From assembly GCF_000020225.1 (NCBI RefSeq), contig NC_010655.1, positions 1,470,001 through 1,502,000 of the forward strand: a stretch of DNA of 32,000 nucleotides, read 5' to 3'. The notes beneath the pieces are model-generated. The model did no database searches. It was not told where the DNA came from and saw only the letters and a program-made list of their open reading frames with translations. Positions 14,750 to 23,532 of this stretch are shown one piece after another (positions within the stretch are counted from its first letter, which is position 1; the number at the start of each line of letters is the position of its first letter). The translations under genes were made by a program, and so were the position numbers. The stretch is from Akkermansia muciniphila ATCC BAA-835. GTDB lineage: Bacteria; Verrucomicrobiota; Verrucomicrobiia; Verrucomicrobiales; Akkermansiaceae.

Positions 14750-16318
14750 TCAGGAGTTGGAAGATGAGTTAAGGTAGTTCAGCAGGGTGCGGGCCCAAGT
14801 TTCCGAAATGCCGCGGATGGCGGCGATAGAAGCCGGGTCCGCCTTTTTAATGGCAGTTACGGATTTGAATTTTTCCAGCAACAGTCTTTTTTTTGAGGCG
14901 CTCATGCCCGGGGCGTCGTCCAAGGCGCTTTCCCGCATGCGTTTGCGGTAGAGCAGTTCGTTATAGCCGTTGGCGAAACGGTGGGCTTCGTCGCGGATGC
15001 GCTGCATGAGTTTGAGGGCTCCCGTGCTGTGAGGCAGGCAAAGGGGCTGGGACTGGTGGGGAAAAAATATTTCTTCCCTCTGCTTGGCCAGGCCTACGAT
15101 GGGCATGTCTCCCAGGCCGATGGCTTCCAAATCGGCCAGAGCGGAGGAAAGCTGTCCTTTACCTCCGTCCACGACTACCAGATCTGGAACTTTGATGGGG
15201 GCTTTTCCTTCCGCGCTGAGTTTCTTAAGCCACTGGTACAGGGTCATGTCCGCCTGCCGTGAGGCTACGGCGTCGCTCTCCGCCAGAATGCGGGAGTAAC
15301 GCCTCCGGATGACTTCCGACATGGAGGCGAAGTCATTTTGTCCGTCCACAGTACGTATACGGTACCGACGGTAGGCTTTGTTATCCGGCCTGCCGTTGGT
15401 AAAGCGCACCATGGAGGCTACGATATGGTTGGAAGAGACATTGGAAATGTCAAAGCATTCCATGATGGTTGGGGGAGATTCTAATCCCAGGGCCACCCCC
15501 AGTTCCTTCATGTCTTCTTCCGGATGAACGGTGCCGGGAAGATCGGGAGTTCTTTTTCGGAACCGCCGGGCGGGTTCCAGTACCTTGACCAGATTGTCCC
15601 GGATGTCCCGCAGGTATGCCGCACGTTCAAAGTCCAGTTTATCGGCGGCTTCCATCATTTCCCCGGTAAGTTCGTCCAGAGTGCTTTTTCTTCCCGTTCC
15701 TTCCAGCAGACGCACCGCCTGGTCAAAGTTCCGGTTGTAATCATTGATGGAAATGCGGCCAATGCACGGAGCGGAGCAGTTGCGAATCACATCCGCATGG
15801 CAGTGCCTGAAGTCATGAATTCCCGGATTTTTTGTCTTGCAGGTTCGCAGCCGGAAATGCCGGTTAAGCCATTCCTGCGTGGCGTAAAGAGCCTGGGAGT
15901 GGACAAAGGGGCCGAAGTAGCGCGCTCCGTCATCTTTGCGCACTCGCGCCAGCTGGAAACGAGGCAGTTTTTCCCCCTTCGGAATTTTCAGCAGGGGGTA
16001 GCGCTTGTCGTCCTTCATCTGGATATTGTAATGCGGACGATATTGTTTAATCAGTTTGCTTTCCAGCAGAAAAGCCTCCTGGTCATTTCTGGTTTCAAAA
16101 TAATCAAATGACGCAATAGCGTTAATGAGCGCTCTTGTCTTATGATTGGAGAGTGTGGCTCCCGTGGGAGAAAAATAGTTGCCCAGGCGGCGGTGAAGGT
16201 CCTTGGCTTTGCCCACGTAGATGGTATTTCCCCGGGCGTCTTTCATGATATAAACGCCTGGTTTGTGCGGAGTTTCCCTCCAGAGTTCTTTCAGGGTTGG
16301 TTTCTCGCGGTCTGCCAC
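14750..16318 (-). CDS. uvrC: Excinuclease ABC subunit C
   Basis: GTG start. The domains recognised are GIY-YIG ('PGVYIMKDARGNTIYVGKAKDLHRRL'), UVR ('LDFERAAYLRDIRDNL'), the RNase-H-like endonuclease ('VVVDGGKGQL', 'GLAKQREEIF', 'RDEAHRFA') and the C-terminal (HhH)2. At 522 aa it is shorter than typical because its linkers are shorter. Confidence 0.93.
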   Translation of the reverse strand: MADREKPTLKELWRETPHKPGVYIMKDARGNTIYVGKAKDLHRRLGNYFSPTGATLSNHKTRALINAIASFDYFETRNDQEAFLLESKLIKQYRPHYNIQMKDDKRYPLLKIPKGEKLPRFQLARVRKDDGARYFGPFVHSQALYATQEWLNRHFRLRTCKTKNPGIHDFRHCHADVIRNCSAPCIGRISINDYNRNFDQAVRLLEGTGRKSTLDELTGEMMEAADKLDFERAAYLRDIRDNLVKVLEPARRFRKRTPDLPGTVHPEEDMKELGVALGLESPPTIMECFDISNVSSNHIVASMVRFTNGRPDNKAYRRYRIRTVDGQNDFASMSEVIRRRYSRILAESDAVASRQADMTLYQWLKKLSAEGKAPIKVPDLVVVDGGKGQLSSALADLEAIGLGDMPIVGLAKQREEIFFPHQSQPLCLPHSTGALKLMQRIRDEAHRFANGYNELLYRKRMRESALDDAPGMSASKKRLLLEKFKSVTAIKKADPASIAAIRGISETWARTLLNYLNSSSNS

Positions 16319-16429
16319 GCAGGCATTATGCCATATGAGGCAAGAAATGGAACTGTGGAAACGTACTGTATTACGGCTACTTGGCTTGCCTAGGAAAACT
16401 TCTTCTGTATAATCCCCTATGTCTTTTGT

Positions 16430-17221
16430 ATGAATCCTGTACCGTTTACCACGCTGGCTGCCGCCATGGATTTTGTAGTGGGAGATAGAAATTATCCCCT
16501 TTCCGAACTGTTCATGAAAGGCGGTTTCATCATGTGGCCGCTGCTTTTGTTATCCATCGCCGGAGTAGTGGTGCTGGTCATGTGCTGTTTTTCTACCCGA
16601 GCTTCCGCCGTCCTGCCTACCAAACTGGTGGAACAGGCGGAATCTTTCATTCGCAAACGGGATTACACGGGACTTTCCATCCTCTGCAAGAATGGAGATT
16701 CCTGCTACGCTCGCGTGATGTTGACTGTAGCCAACTTCATGTTGCGCAATCCCTCCGCCCAGTTTGAGGAGGTAAGGGAGATAGCCTCTGCGGAAGGAGG
16801 ACGGCAGGCGGGGTTCCTAAGCCGCCAGATTTCCTGGCTGTCGGATATTGGCGCCGTAGCCCCCATGCTGGGTCTGTTGGGAACCGTGGTCGGGATGATG
16901 AAAACCTTTTTTGAGATTGCCAACGGTGATTTTTCCGGGGGCAAGCAGCGCATCGACATGGCGGGCGGCGTGGCGGAAGCCTTGATTACGACGGCGGGCG
17001 GCCTGATGCTTGGCATTCCCGCCATCCTGGCCTATGTATATTTCCGCAGCCGTGTACACAAACGGGTGGGAGACCTGGAGGCAGCCGTCACGCACAGTGT
17101 TTCCGTAGTTGCCACCCAGCTTCAGAAGCCACGAGTCGGTGCAGCTGGGGCTTTTCATGAAGAGGAACTTCCCAAAGTCCCCGTAGATCCCACTTCCCTG
17201 CGCGATGTGCGTGGGCTCTAG
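16430..17221 (+). CDS. MotA/TolQ/ExbB-family proton channel protein
   Basis: 'GGFIMWPLLLLSIAGVVVL' is TM1. 'IGAVAPMLGLLGTVVGMMKTF' and 'GVAEALITTAGGLMLGIPAILAYVYF' are the TolQ/ExbB signature helices. The start is uncertain, since internal ATGs exist. Confidence 0.88.
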   Translation: MNPVPFTTLAAAMDFVVGDRNYPLSELFMKGGFIMWPLLLLSIAGVVVLVMCCFSTRASAVLPTKLVEQAESFIRKRDYTGLSILCKNGDSCYARVMLTVANFMLRNPSAQFEEVREIASAEGGRQAGFLSRQISWLSDIGAVAPMLGLLGTVVGMMKTFFEIANGDFSGGKQRIDMAGGVAEALITTAGGLMLGIPAILAYVYFRSRVHKRVGDLEAAVTHSVSVVATQLQKPRVGAAGAFHEEELPKVPVDPTSLRDVRGL

Positions 17222-17260
17222 CCGGAACGCATCCACTTCTCCACCTCACCGGAAGAATGT

Positions 17261-17707
17261 ATGAAATTTCATTATAAAATGCCCAGTCCCATCGGGTTTC
17301 AATTGGCCCCCATGCTGGACATCGTATTTCTGCTGCTGGTGTTTTTCATCGTAACCCAGACATTTGAGGATGATGAACCGGATCTTTCCATCAATCTTCC
17401 TTCAGCAGAGACTCCCAAGCCCGGTGAAAACGTGTCCAATGAAATTATCGTGAATATCCGTAAAGATGGTACCGTGGTAATCAACCGCCAGCAGTACACA
17501 ATGCCGCAGCTGGAAGACAAACTTTTTTCCGTCGCCCGGTTGGACAAAACCATGCTCGTCCGTATCCGCGTGGATGAGAAGGCGGAATCCGGCGTGGTGG
17601 TGCATGTGATGGACGCATGTCTGAAGGCCGGGCTGAATAACGTTTCTTTTTCCACGCGTCCTCCGGTTCCATCTTCAATCAATGTTTCCAATTCCCAGGC
17701 TTCATGA
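17261..17707 (+). CDS. ExbD/TolR-family biopolymer transport protein
   Basis: 'LAPMLDIVFLLLVFFIVT' contains the conserved Asp in the TM helix. The periplasmic domain reads 'IIVNIRKDGTVVINRQQ...LVRIRVDEKAESGVVVHVMDACLKAG'. The stop overlaps the next start (ATGA at 17704-17707). Confidence 0.9.
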   Translation: MKFHYKMPSPIGFQLAPMLDIVFLLLVFFIVTQTFEDDEPDLSINLPSAETPKPGENVSNEIIVNIRKDGTVVINRQQYTMPQLEDKLFSVARLDKTMLVRIRVDEKAESGVVVHVMDACLKAGLNNVSFSTRPPVPSSINVSNSQAS

Positions 17708-20136
17708 AAGCGTTTTTTTCCATTAATGCAGGTTTAATAACTTTGGCGATGTTTTCCGCCGCCCAGGAAAATATTCCGGATGCCGCTCCCATCGCGGATG
17801 GTCCGCTGGTCGCTAATCCGGAGCAGGATACGCTGGATATGGCGGACATGCTGTACAAGCAGGCCCAGGCTCCGGCTACGAAGGAGAACCGGCAGGAATA
17901 TGGACGCCTTCTTGATTTAAGCTTGCGTAAATATCTGGAATTTACCCAACGTTTTCCCCAGTCCGCCCAGGCTCCTCTGGCGGAGTATCGTGCTGCCATG
18001 TGTTTGGAGGAGCTGGGCAGGAAAGATGAGGCACATGGCCTGTTCCTCAGATTGATTCAGACGGGCAGCCCCGCCCTGGTTGCCGCCTCCGCCTACCGTC
18101 TGGCGACGGATGCTTCTTCTGCCGGGGAGATAGATAAGGCCATCCAGTATTACCAGCTCGTGATTCGCAATGCGGAACAGAATGATTTGAAGGTGGACGC
18201 CCAGTACCGTCTGGGACGCCTGTTTCTTTCCAGCGGTAATCCGGAGGCAGCCGCCACCATGTTTTGTGCGGTGATGGGCAATCCGGAAGCGGATGCCAAG
18301 TTTGTTCTGGTGTCCCGGATGGGATATGCCGCCCTGTGTGCGGATACGGGACGCTTGGGAGAAGCTTATTCCGAATATCGCAAGGTGCTGGAAACGCCCG
18401 GTGTGGATAACAGGAACAGGGGAATCGCCACTCTTCAGGCCGCCATGCTGGCCACCAAACTGAAAAAGACTGCGGAAGCCCAGGGCCTTTATGAACGGCT
18501 TTTGAAGGACGAGTCCCTGAAGGAGATGGCGCCGGAGGCCCGAATGGGGCTTCTTCTGGGGCTGTACAATATGGGCAAGTACAGGGAGATACTTTCCCAG
18601 TATGAGCAGCAGAAGGGAATAAAGATGCCGACAAAGGACGGCCAGGTGCGTCTGTTGATGCTGCTGGGGCAGTCCGCCTATAAATTGAAGGAGTACCGGA
18701 AAGCGGCAGATTTCTTTCTGGAAGCGGAAAAGTCCGTTCCTTATACGCAGGAGGCCATGCAAGCCTCCTTTTACCGGTTATTGTGTTATAATGAACTTAA
18801 GCAGAAAGATCTCCCCCAGCGGGCCCAGAGCTTCCTGAACCATTATGCCAAGGCTTTTCCTACCAGTGAGCTGCATGATATGGTGCGCCTGATGGCTGCA
18901 GAGAACCTGTTCAGCTCCAATCCGGCGGATGCCGCCCGGTTTTATGCCAGCATTGATTTTGACAAAGTGCCCCCGAAGATGCGTGCGGATATTTTATATA
19001 AGAGCGCATGGGCGATTGCCCAGGCCGGGAACAGAGGTGTGGCCGCCAAGCTGCTGACTGATTTTATCAATGATTTTCCGAAAGATCCCCGCATTTGCGA
19101 GGCATTGACGTTGCGTGGGGACATGTATGCCAAGACCAAGAAGGAAGCTGAGGCGCTGATGGATTTTGACCGTGTGATTGCCCGCTGGCCGAAAGCTGAA
19201 TCAGCTGCCGCCGCATGGCAGAGAGCCGCTCAGATTTATGCGGGACGCCAGGATATGGCGAACATGGCGAAGTATTATGAAGGCCTGATTCAGAATTTTC
19301 CGAAGGCGTCTCCTGCCGCTTTGGCTGAAGCCCATTTCCTGCTGGGGCGTGCGGCGTTTGACCAGGGAGATTTCAAGTCTTCTATCAGCCATATGGCTGA
19401 GGCCAAGACTCTGGATCCCCAGAAATACGGAGAACAGGTTAATGTGCTTTCCGTTCTGTCCTATCACAAGCTCCAGGACGTGAATAAACTGAAGGAGGCC
19501 CTGGAAACCCTGCAAAAGGAAAATCCTTCCGCCGTGGCTCGTGTGCCGGATGTCATCCCCGCATGGCTGGGCCTTCAGGCCTATGGGATGAAGGATCTGG
19601 AAACGGCGGACAAGTATATGACCTGGGCTACGCAGAACGACCAGCTTCAGAATGTGAAGAAGGTGATTTGGCGTAATTTGGCGAAGGTGCGCCTGGCGCT
19701 CAGAAAGTATGACCGCGCCTTGGTGGCTTCCAACAATTTTCTGAAGGATGAGGACCAGCCTTACCGCCGTGCGGACGGCATGCTGGACAAGGCTTCCATT
19801 TTGCTGGGGCTGGGCAAGTATGCGGATGCCAGGAAGACGGCGGAAGATGCGCTGGCTCTGGGCGTGGAAGGTCCTCTGATGGCTTCCTTGAAAATTGTTC
19901 TGGGGGATATTTCCTATGCGGAGAAAAAGTTTGATGAAGCGGCCAAGCATTACGGTGTTACGGCCGAGCTGTTTGTCAATGACGCCGAACTGAAACCCAA
20001 GGCTCTCTTCAAGGCGGCGGAAGCTTTGGACAAGGCCGGGCGCAAATCGGAGGCTTCCCAATACCGGGCCCGCCTGCAAAAGGAATTCCCGGATTGGAAA
20101 CAGGATGGAGAGTCTTTGCCTCCGGACGCACGATAA
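17704..20136 (+). CDS. Large secreted/periplasmic tetratricopeptide-repeat (TPR) protein
   Basis: The 810-aa ORF has a signal peptide 'MKAFFSINAGLITLAMFSAAQE'. The rest consists of repeated A/L/Y/G-patterned ~34-aa helical repeats (for example 'AEYRAAMCLEELGRKDEAHGLFLRLI' and 'AHFLLGRAAFDQGDFKSSISHMAEA'). It is translationally coupled to exbD. Confidence 0.85.
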   Translation: MKAFFSINAGLITLAMFSAAQENIPDAAPIADGPLVANPEQDTLDMADMLYKQAQAPATKENRQEYGRLLDLSLRKYLEFTQRFPQSAQAPLAEYRAAMCLEELGRKDEAHGLFLRLIQTGSPALVAASAYRLATDASSAGEIDKAIQYYQLVIRNAEQNDLKVDAQYRLGRLFLSSGNPEAAATMFCAVMGNPEADAKFVLVSRMGYAALCADTGRLGEAYSEYRKVLETPGVDNRNRGIATLQAAMLATKLKKTAEAQGLYERLLKDESLKEMAPEARMGLLLGLYNMGKYREILSQYEQQKGIKMPTKDGQVRLLMLLGQSAYKLKEYRKAADFFLEAEKSVPYTQEAMQASFYRLLCYNELKQKDLPQRAQSFLNHYAKAFPTSELHDMVRLMAAENLFSSNPADAARFYASIDFDKVPPKMRADILYKSAWAIAQAGNRGVAAKLLTDFINDFPKDPRICEALTLRGDMYAKTKKEAEALMDFDRVIARWPKAESAAAAWQRAAQIYAGRQDMANMAKYYEGLIQNFPKASPAALAEAHFLLGRAAFDQGDFKSSISHMAEAKTLDPQKYGEQVNVLSVLSYHKLQDVNKLKEALETLQKENPSAVARVPDVIPAWLGLQAYGMKDLETADKYMTWATQNDQLQNVKKVIWRNLAKVRLALRKYDRALVASNNFLKDEDQPYRRADGMLDKASILLGLGKYADARKTAEDALALGVEGPLMASLKIVLGDISYAEKKFDEAAKHYGVTAELFVNDAELKPKALFKAAEALDKAGRKSEASQYRARLQKEFPDWKQDGESLPPDAR

Positions 20137-20160
20137 GCGTTTTAAAGATTGAAACCGGAA

Positions 20161-21954
20161 ATGGAGAACAGGCGTAAAAGATGGTATGATCTGTTTGGAT
20201 TGCTGCCTCGCAATCTGGGCCGTCTGTTGCTGTGGTTCAGCCTCATTCCTATCGCTTTCATCATCGTTCTTCTCGTTTATGCATGGAGGGCGGACCAGTA
20301 TGAGCTGGACGAGGTTTTGGCGCCGTTGGAAAATTGCGCCGCATATGATCGCAACGGCCAGTGGATAGGCACCTTGACAGATCATGACCGGGTGTATGTA
20401 GCGCGCAATGAACTGCCCGATAATCTGGTGAATGCTTTCGTTGCGCGGGAAGATGAAGACTTTTTCGAACATGGCGGCATTGTGTACTCTTCCATTATCC
20501 GCTCCATTTGCCGGAATTTGACTACATTGTCCTATGCCCAGGGTGCTTCCACGATTACGATGCAGCTGGCGCGGAATTGTTATGAGCTGGGAGGGAAGAC
20601 CCTGGATCGCAAGGTTTTGGAAATGGCCGTGGCCCGCCGCATTGAGGGCAAGTATTCCAAGGATGAAATTCTGACGGCTTACCTGAACCGCATTTACTTT
20701 GGCCAGCAATGCTATGGGATTGCGCAGGCGGCGGATTTGTATTTCGGCAAAAAAGTGGCGGATCTGACACTGGCGGAGTGCGCTACCCTGGCCGGGCTGG
20801 TGCGCGGACCTTCCATCTACAATCCCGTTTACAGCCCGGAGGCTGCTGCCAAGGTCCGCAATGCGACGCTGGAAAGGATGTTTGAGTGTGAATTCATTAC
20901 CCAGGAACAATTATGGCAGGCGCTCCGCGAACCGATGGCGGTGGCTGGTAAACGGGAAGCTCGGCCCGGTTCTTATCCCGTTCTGGTCGTTTCCCGTGAG
21001 TTGGGAGACCTGGATTGCTGTGACGAGCAGGAGGGAACCTCCAGCATTTTTGTAATGACCACGCTGGATTTGGAATTTCAGCGGATGGTTGAAGATGTAA
21101 GCGAGCCTATGCTGGTCGCTCTGGAATCTTCTTCCGTGTGGGCAGGGTTGCCCAAAAGGGTGGACAACCAGTTGAATCGTTGTGTGCAAGCGGCCATATT
21201 GTGTGTGGATTCCCGTAAAGGGGATCTGCTGGCCGTAACAGGGGGGCGTTCCGCCCAGGACGGTCTGGACCGATGGCAGTCCAAGGTAATGCCCGGCGAT
21301 CTGTTCACTCCCATTGTCAATTTATGCGCTGTCGACCAGCGTAGAACCGTTATTCGCAGCAATCCGGAAGTCACTGGCCGCGGGGTAGGTTTCAATACAG
21401 TAATAGAAACGGCACAAAAGGCCGGTTACAAAGGGGAACTTCCCCGTTCTTCGGACTTGTATACCGGCAGGTTTTCCGTGCCTCTTTCGCATGCCGTCAA
21501 TGCCCTGTATCTCATCGGCAATGACGGGCTCAATGTGAGTATTTCCTCCGTCAGGCAGGTGGGTACCACCAAAAAGAACCTGGTGATGGTGAATGCCCCC
21601 TCTCCGGAAGAAAGCCGCCGGGAAATCCTGCCTAGGGAATCCGCCCACCTGGTGGCTTCCCTTCCTCCCTTCCGCTACGACGAACGGACCAGGAAAACCT
21701 TCGTCAATGTCAGGCTTCCTGGAAATACGGGGCATTTTTCCGCCGTCATGGGGCGTTATTTCACGGTTTTTGCCTGGGTGGGCTTTGATTCTCCGGAGGC
21801 CGCCGTCTATGAAAAAAAAGGGGTTTCCGCGGCGTTGGCAAAAACCTGTTCCTCTCTGGCCGGGGAGGTGTATGACCGTGCGGAGGAAGGTCGCAGAAAA
21901 GCTGTCCGGGAACGCCGGGAGCGGGAAAATGCTGCAGAACAGGGCTCCCAATGA
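20161..21954 (+). CDS. Class-A penicillin-binding-protein-like protein: intact GT51 glycosyltransferase domain, degenerate transpeptidase domain
   Basis: The track ORF starts at the TTG at 20149, and the first ATG is at 20161. The TM anchor is 'LLLWFSLIPIAFIIVLLVYAW'. GT51 motifs are present: 'REDEDFFEHGG', 'GASTITMQLARN', 'RKVLEMAVARRIE', 'KDEILTAYLNRIYFG'. The C-terminal half aligns to a PBP transpeptidase but carries 'GDLFTP' instead of GSxxKP, 'AVN' instead of SxN, and 'GNTG' instead of GKTG. Confidence 0.85.
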   Translation: MENRRKRWYDLFGLLPRNLGRLLLWFSLIPIAFIIVLLVYAWRADQYELDEVLAPLENCAAYDRNGQWIGTLTDHDRVYVARNELPDNLVNAFVAREDEDFFEHGGIVYSSIIRSICRNLTTLSYAQGASTITMQLARNCYELGGKTLDRKVLEMAVARRIEGKYSKDEILTAYLNRIYFGQQCYGIAQAADLYFGKKVADLTLAECATLAGLVRGPSIYNPVYSPEAAAKVRNATLERMFECEFITQEQLWQALREPMAVAGKREARPGSYPVLVVSRELGDLDCCDEQEGTSSIFVMTTLDLEFQRMVEDVSEPMLVALESSSVWAGLPKRVDNQLNRCVQAAILCVDSRKGDLLAVTGGRSAQDGLDRWQSKVMPGDLFTPIVNLCAVDQRRTVIRSNPEVTGRGVGFNTVIETAQKAGYKGELPRSSDLYTGRFSVPLSHAVNALYLIGNDGLNVSISSVRQVGTTKKNLVMVNAPSPEESRREILPRESAHLVASLPPFRYDERTRKTFVNVRLPGNTGHFSAVMGRYFTVFAWVGFDSPEAAVYEKKGVSAALAKTCSSLAGEVYDRAEEGRRKAVRERRERENAAEQGSQ

Positions 21955-21982
21955 AGTTCAATTTTCCATTAGTAGAAGCATC

Positions 21983-22747
21983 ATGAGACACTCACTTGAA
22001 ATGACCACGGCCATCCAGGCCGCCAAATCCGCCGGAGCTTTCCTGAAGAAGCATTTTTATGAGCAAAAGAAGGTGGATGAAGCCAGCCAGAATGATATCA
22101 AGCTGGAGCTGGACAAGCTTTCCCAGAAACTGATTACGGAGGAAATTCTTTCCGTGTTTCCCAACCACGCTGTTTTGGGAGAAGAAGGATACACCGGGGA
22201 CAGGAACAGCGAGTATGAATGGATTGTAGACCCCATTGACGGGACGGTGAATTATTTTTACACGATTCCCTGGTTCTGCGTCTCCATAGCTTTGCGTCGC
22301 CGCGGGGAAGTGGTGCTGGGCGTGATTTACGATCCCATGATGGATGAATGCTGGCATGTGGAAAAGGGCGGGATTCCGTACATGAATGATCATCCCATGC
22401 ATTGCAGCCGGCGGGAACGCATGGCGGAAGCCGTGGTATTCGTGGGGCACGGCAAGACGGACGGGTCCAAGGAAAAGGGGATTGAACGTTTCGCCAGGAT
22501 CGCCTGGCAGGTACGCAAGGTGCGCAATAACGGTTCTGCGGCTCTGGCCCTGGCTTATATTGCCTGCGGCAGATTTGACGCCTATGTGGAAAGCGTCATA
22601 TCCATCTGGGATGTCGCCGCTGGGGTTTTGCTGGTGGAAGCAGCCGGCGGCAAGGTTGTTTTGGAACCGAAGGAAGATAATCCGGAACAATTCGCCATTG
22701 TCGCGTGGAACGGCCGCATCCCTATCATGGAGGCGCTGGGGGAGTAA
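21983..22747 (+). CDS. suhB: Inositol monophosphatase family protein (SuhB-like)
   Basis: 'VLGEEG', 'WIVDPIDGTVNY', 'VIYDPMMDE' and 'GSAALALAYIACGRFDAYVE..ISIWDVAAGVLLVEAAGG' are IMPase motifs. The ATG at 21983 lies 29 nt after the PBP stop. The longer track ORF from 21593 overlaps the PBP gene out of frame. Confidence 0.9.
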   Translation: MRHSLEMTTAIQAAKSAGAFLKKHFYEQKKVDEASQNDIKLELDKLSQKLITEEILSVFPNHAVLGEEGYTGDRNSEYEWIVDPIDGTVNYFYTIPWFCVSIALRRRGEVVLGVIYDPMMDECWHVEKGGIPYMNDHPMHCSRRERMAEAVVFVGHGKTDGSKEKGIERFARIAWQVRKVRNNGSAALALAYIACGRFDAYVESVISIWDVAAGVLLVEAAGGKVVLEPKEDNPEQFAIVAWNGRIPIMEALGE

Positions 22748-22773
22748 CCCGAACATTATTGCCGCAGTACCGT

Positions 22774-23283
22774 ATGAAAAACATGATCGCTTTGACCGGG
22801 ATCGGGTATGATATCCACCGTTTTGCGGAAGTTCCGCGCCCCTTGATGCTGGGCGGTGTTCATATTCCTTCCTCCCGCGGCCTGGACGGCCATTCCGACG
22901 CGGATGTTTTATGCCACGCCATTGCGGATGCCCTGCTGGGCGCTGCCGGGTTGCCGGACATCGGCTACTGGTTTCCGCCGGGCGATCCTTCCTGCAAGGA
23001 CATCCCTTCCCTGGATATTGTGGCGAAAGCCGTTTCTCTGATTCGGGAGCGCGGCGGCCGCATCGTGAATGTGGACTCGTCCCTTATTGCAGAATCTCCC
23101 CGTATTTCCCCTTATTTGGAGCAGATGAAGGGAGCTTTGGGCGCCGCTCTGGGAATCTCTCCGGTCCGTGTGGGCATCAAGGCCACTACTAATGAACAGC
23201 TTGGCGCGCTGGGCCGCAGGGAAGGCATTGCCGCTTTTGCCGTAGCGGCTATTCTGATGCCGGAGGATTTGACCATGCCGTAA
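22774..23283 (+). CDS. ispF: 2-C-methyl-D-erythritol 2,4-cyclodiphosphate synthase
   Basis: 'GIGYDIHRF......LMLGGVHIP...GLDGHSDADVLCHAIADALLGAAGLPDIG' and 'IKATTNEQLGALGRREGIAA' are canonical IspF. The ATG at 22774 (MKNMIAL) is preferred to the track start at 22705. Confidence 0.95.
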   Translation: MKNMIALTGIGYDIHRFAEVPRPLMLGGVHIPSSRGLDGHSDADVLCHAIADALLGAAGLPDIGYWFPPGDPSCKDIPSLDIVAKAVSLIRERGGRIVNVDSSLIAESPRISPYLEQMKGALGAALGISPVRVGIKATTNEQLGALGRREGIAAFAVAAILMPEDLTMP

Positions 23284-23295
23284 GAAGAACGCTCC

Positions 23296-23320
23296 GGTTC
23301 CGTTTCTGGAAGCCTTTTTT
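23296..23320 (+). terminator. Weak putative terminator after ispF
   Basis: GGTTCC-gtttct-GGAAgCC (6 bp with one bulge), followed by T6. Confidence 0.35.
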
Positions 23321-23532
23321 CAAAAAAGAAGCCGATATGGGGCTTTAAACAAGGAATATGCTTCAGGAATAACGGGCAGGTGGAAATGGCGTTTTTTGGG
23401 GGAGGCCCTTTCCCAGGCAGTTTTAATGAAATGGCAGGAAATTGTTAACCGTTCCCTGGCGGCAAAGCCGTTTTTGGCTGCATAATAATATTACCCGTTT
23501 CCCTGCACAGGGAAGAGGTGTTGCCTGATATC

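Noticed and set aside
19201-20910. A 569-aa minus-strand ORF spans the 3' end of the TPR gene, the intergenic gap and the 5' end of the PBP-like gene.
   Set aside because: Its translation is Arg/Leu/Gln/Ile-rich with no recognisable motif or domain pattern. It lies exactly antisense to two genes that have strong family signatures. I judge it a shadow ORF caused by stop-codon depletion in the antisense frame of codon-biased genes.
21593-21982. The track ORF containing suhB has a 130-codon N-terminal extension (track start 21593).
   Set aside because: The extension overlaps the last 360 nt of the PBP-like gene in another frame and has no IMPase similarity. IMPase homology begins at the ATG at 21983, just after the PBP stop.
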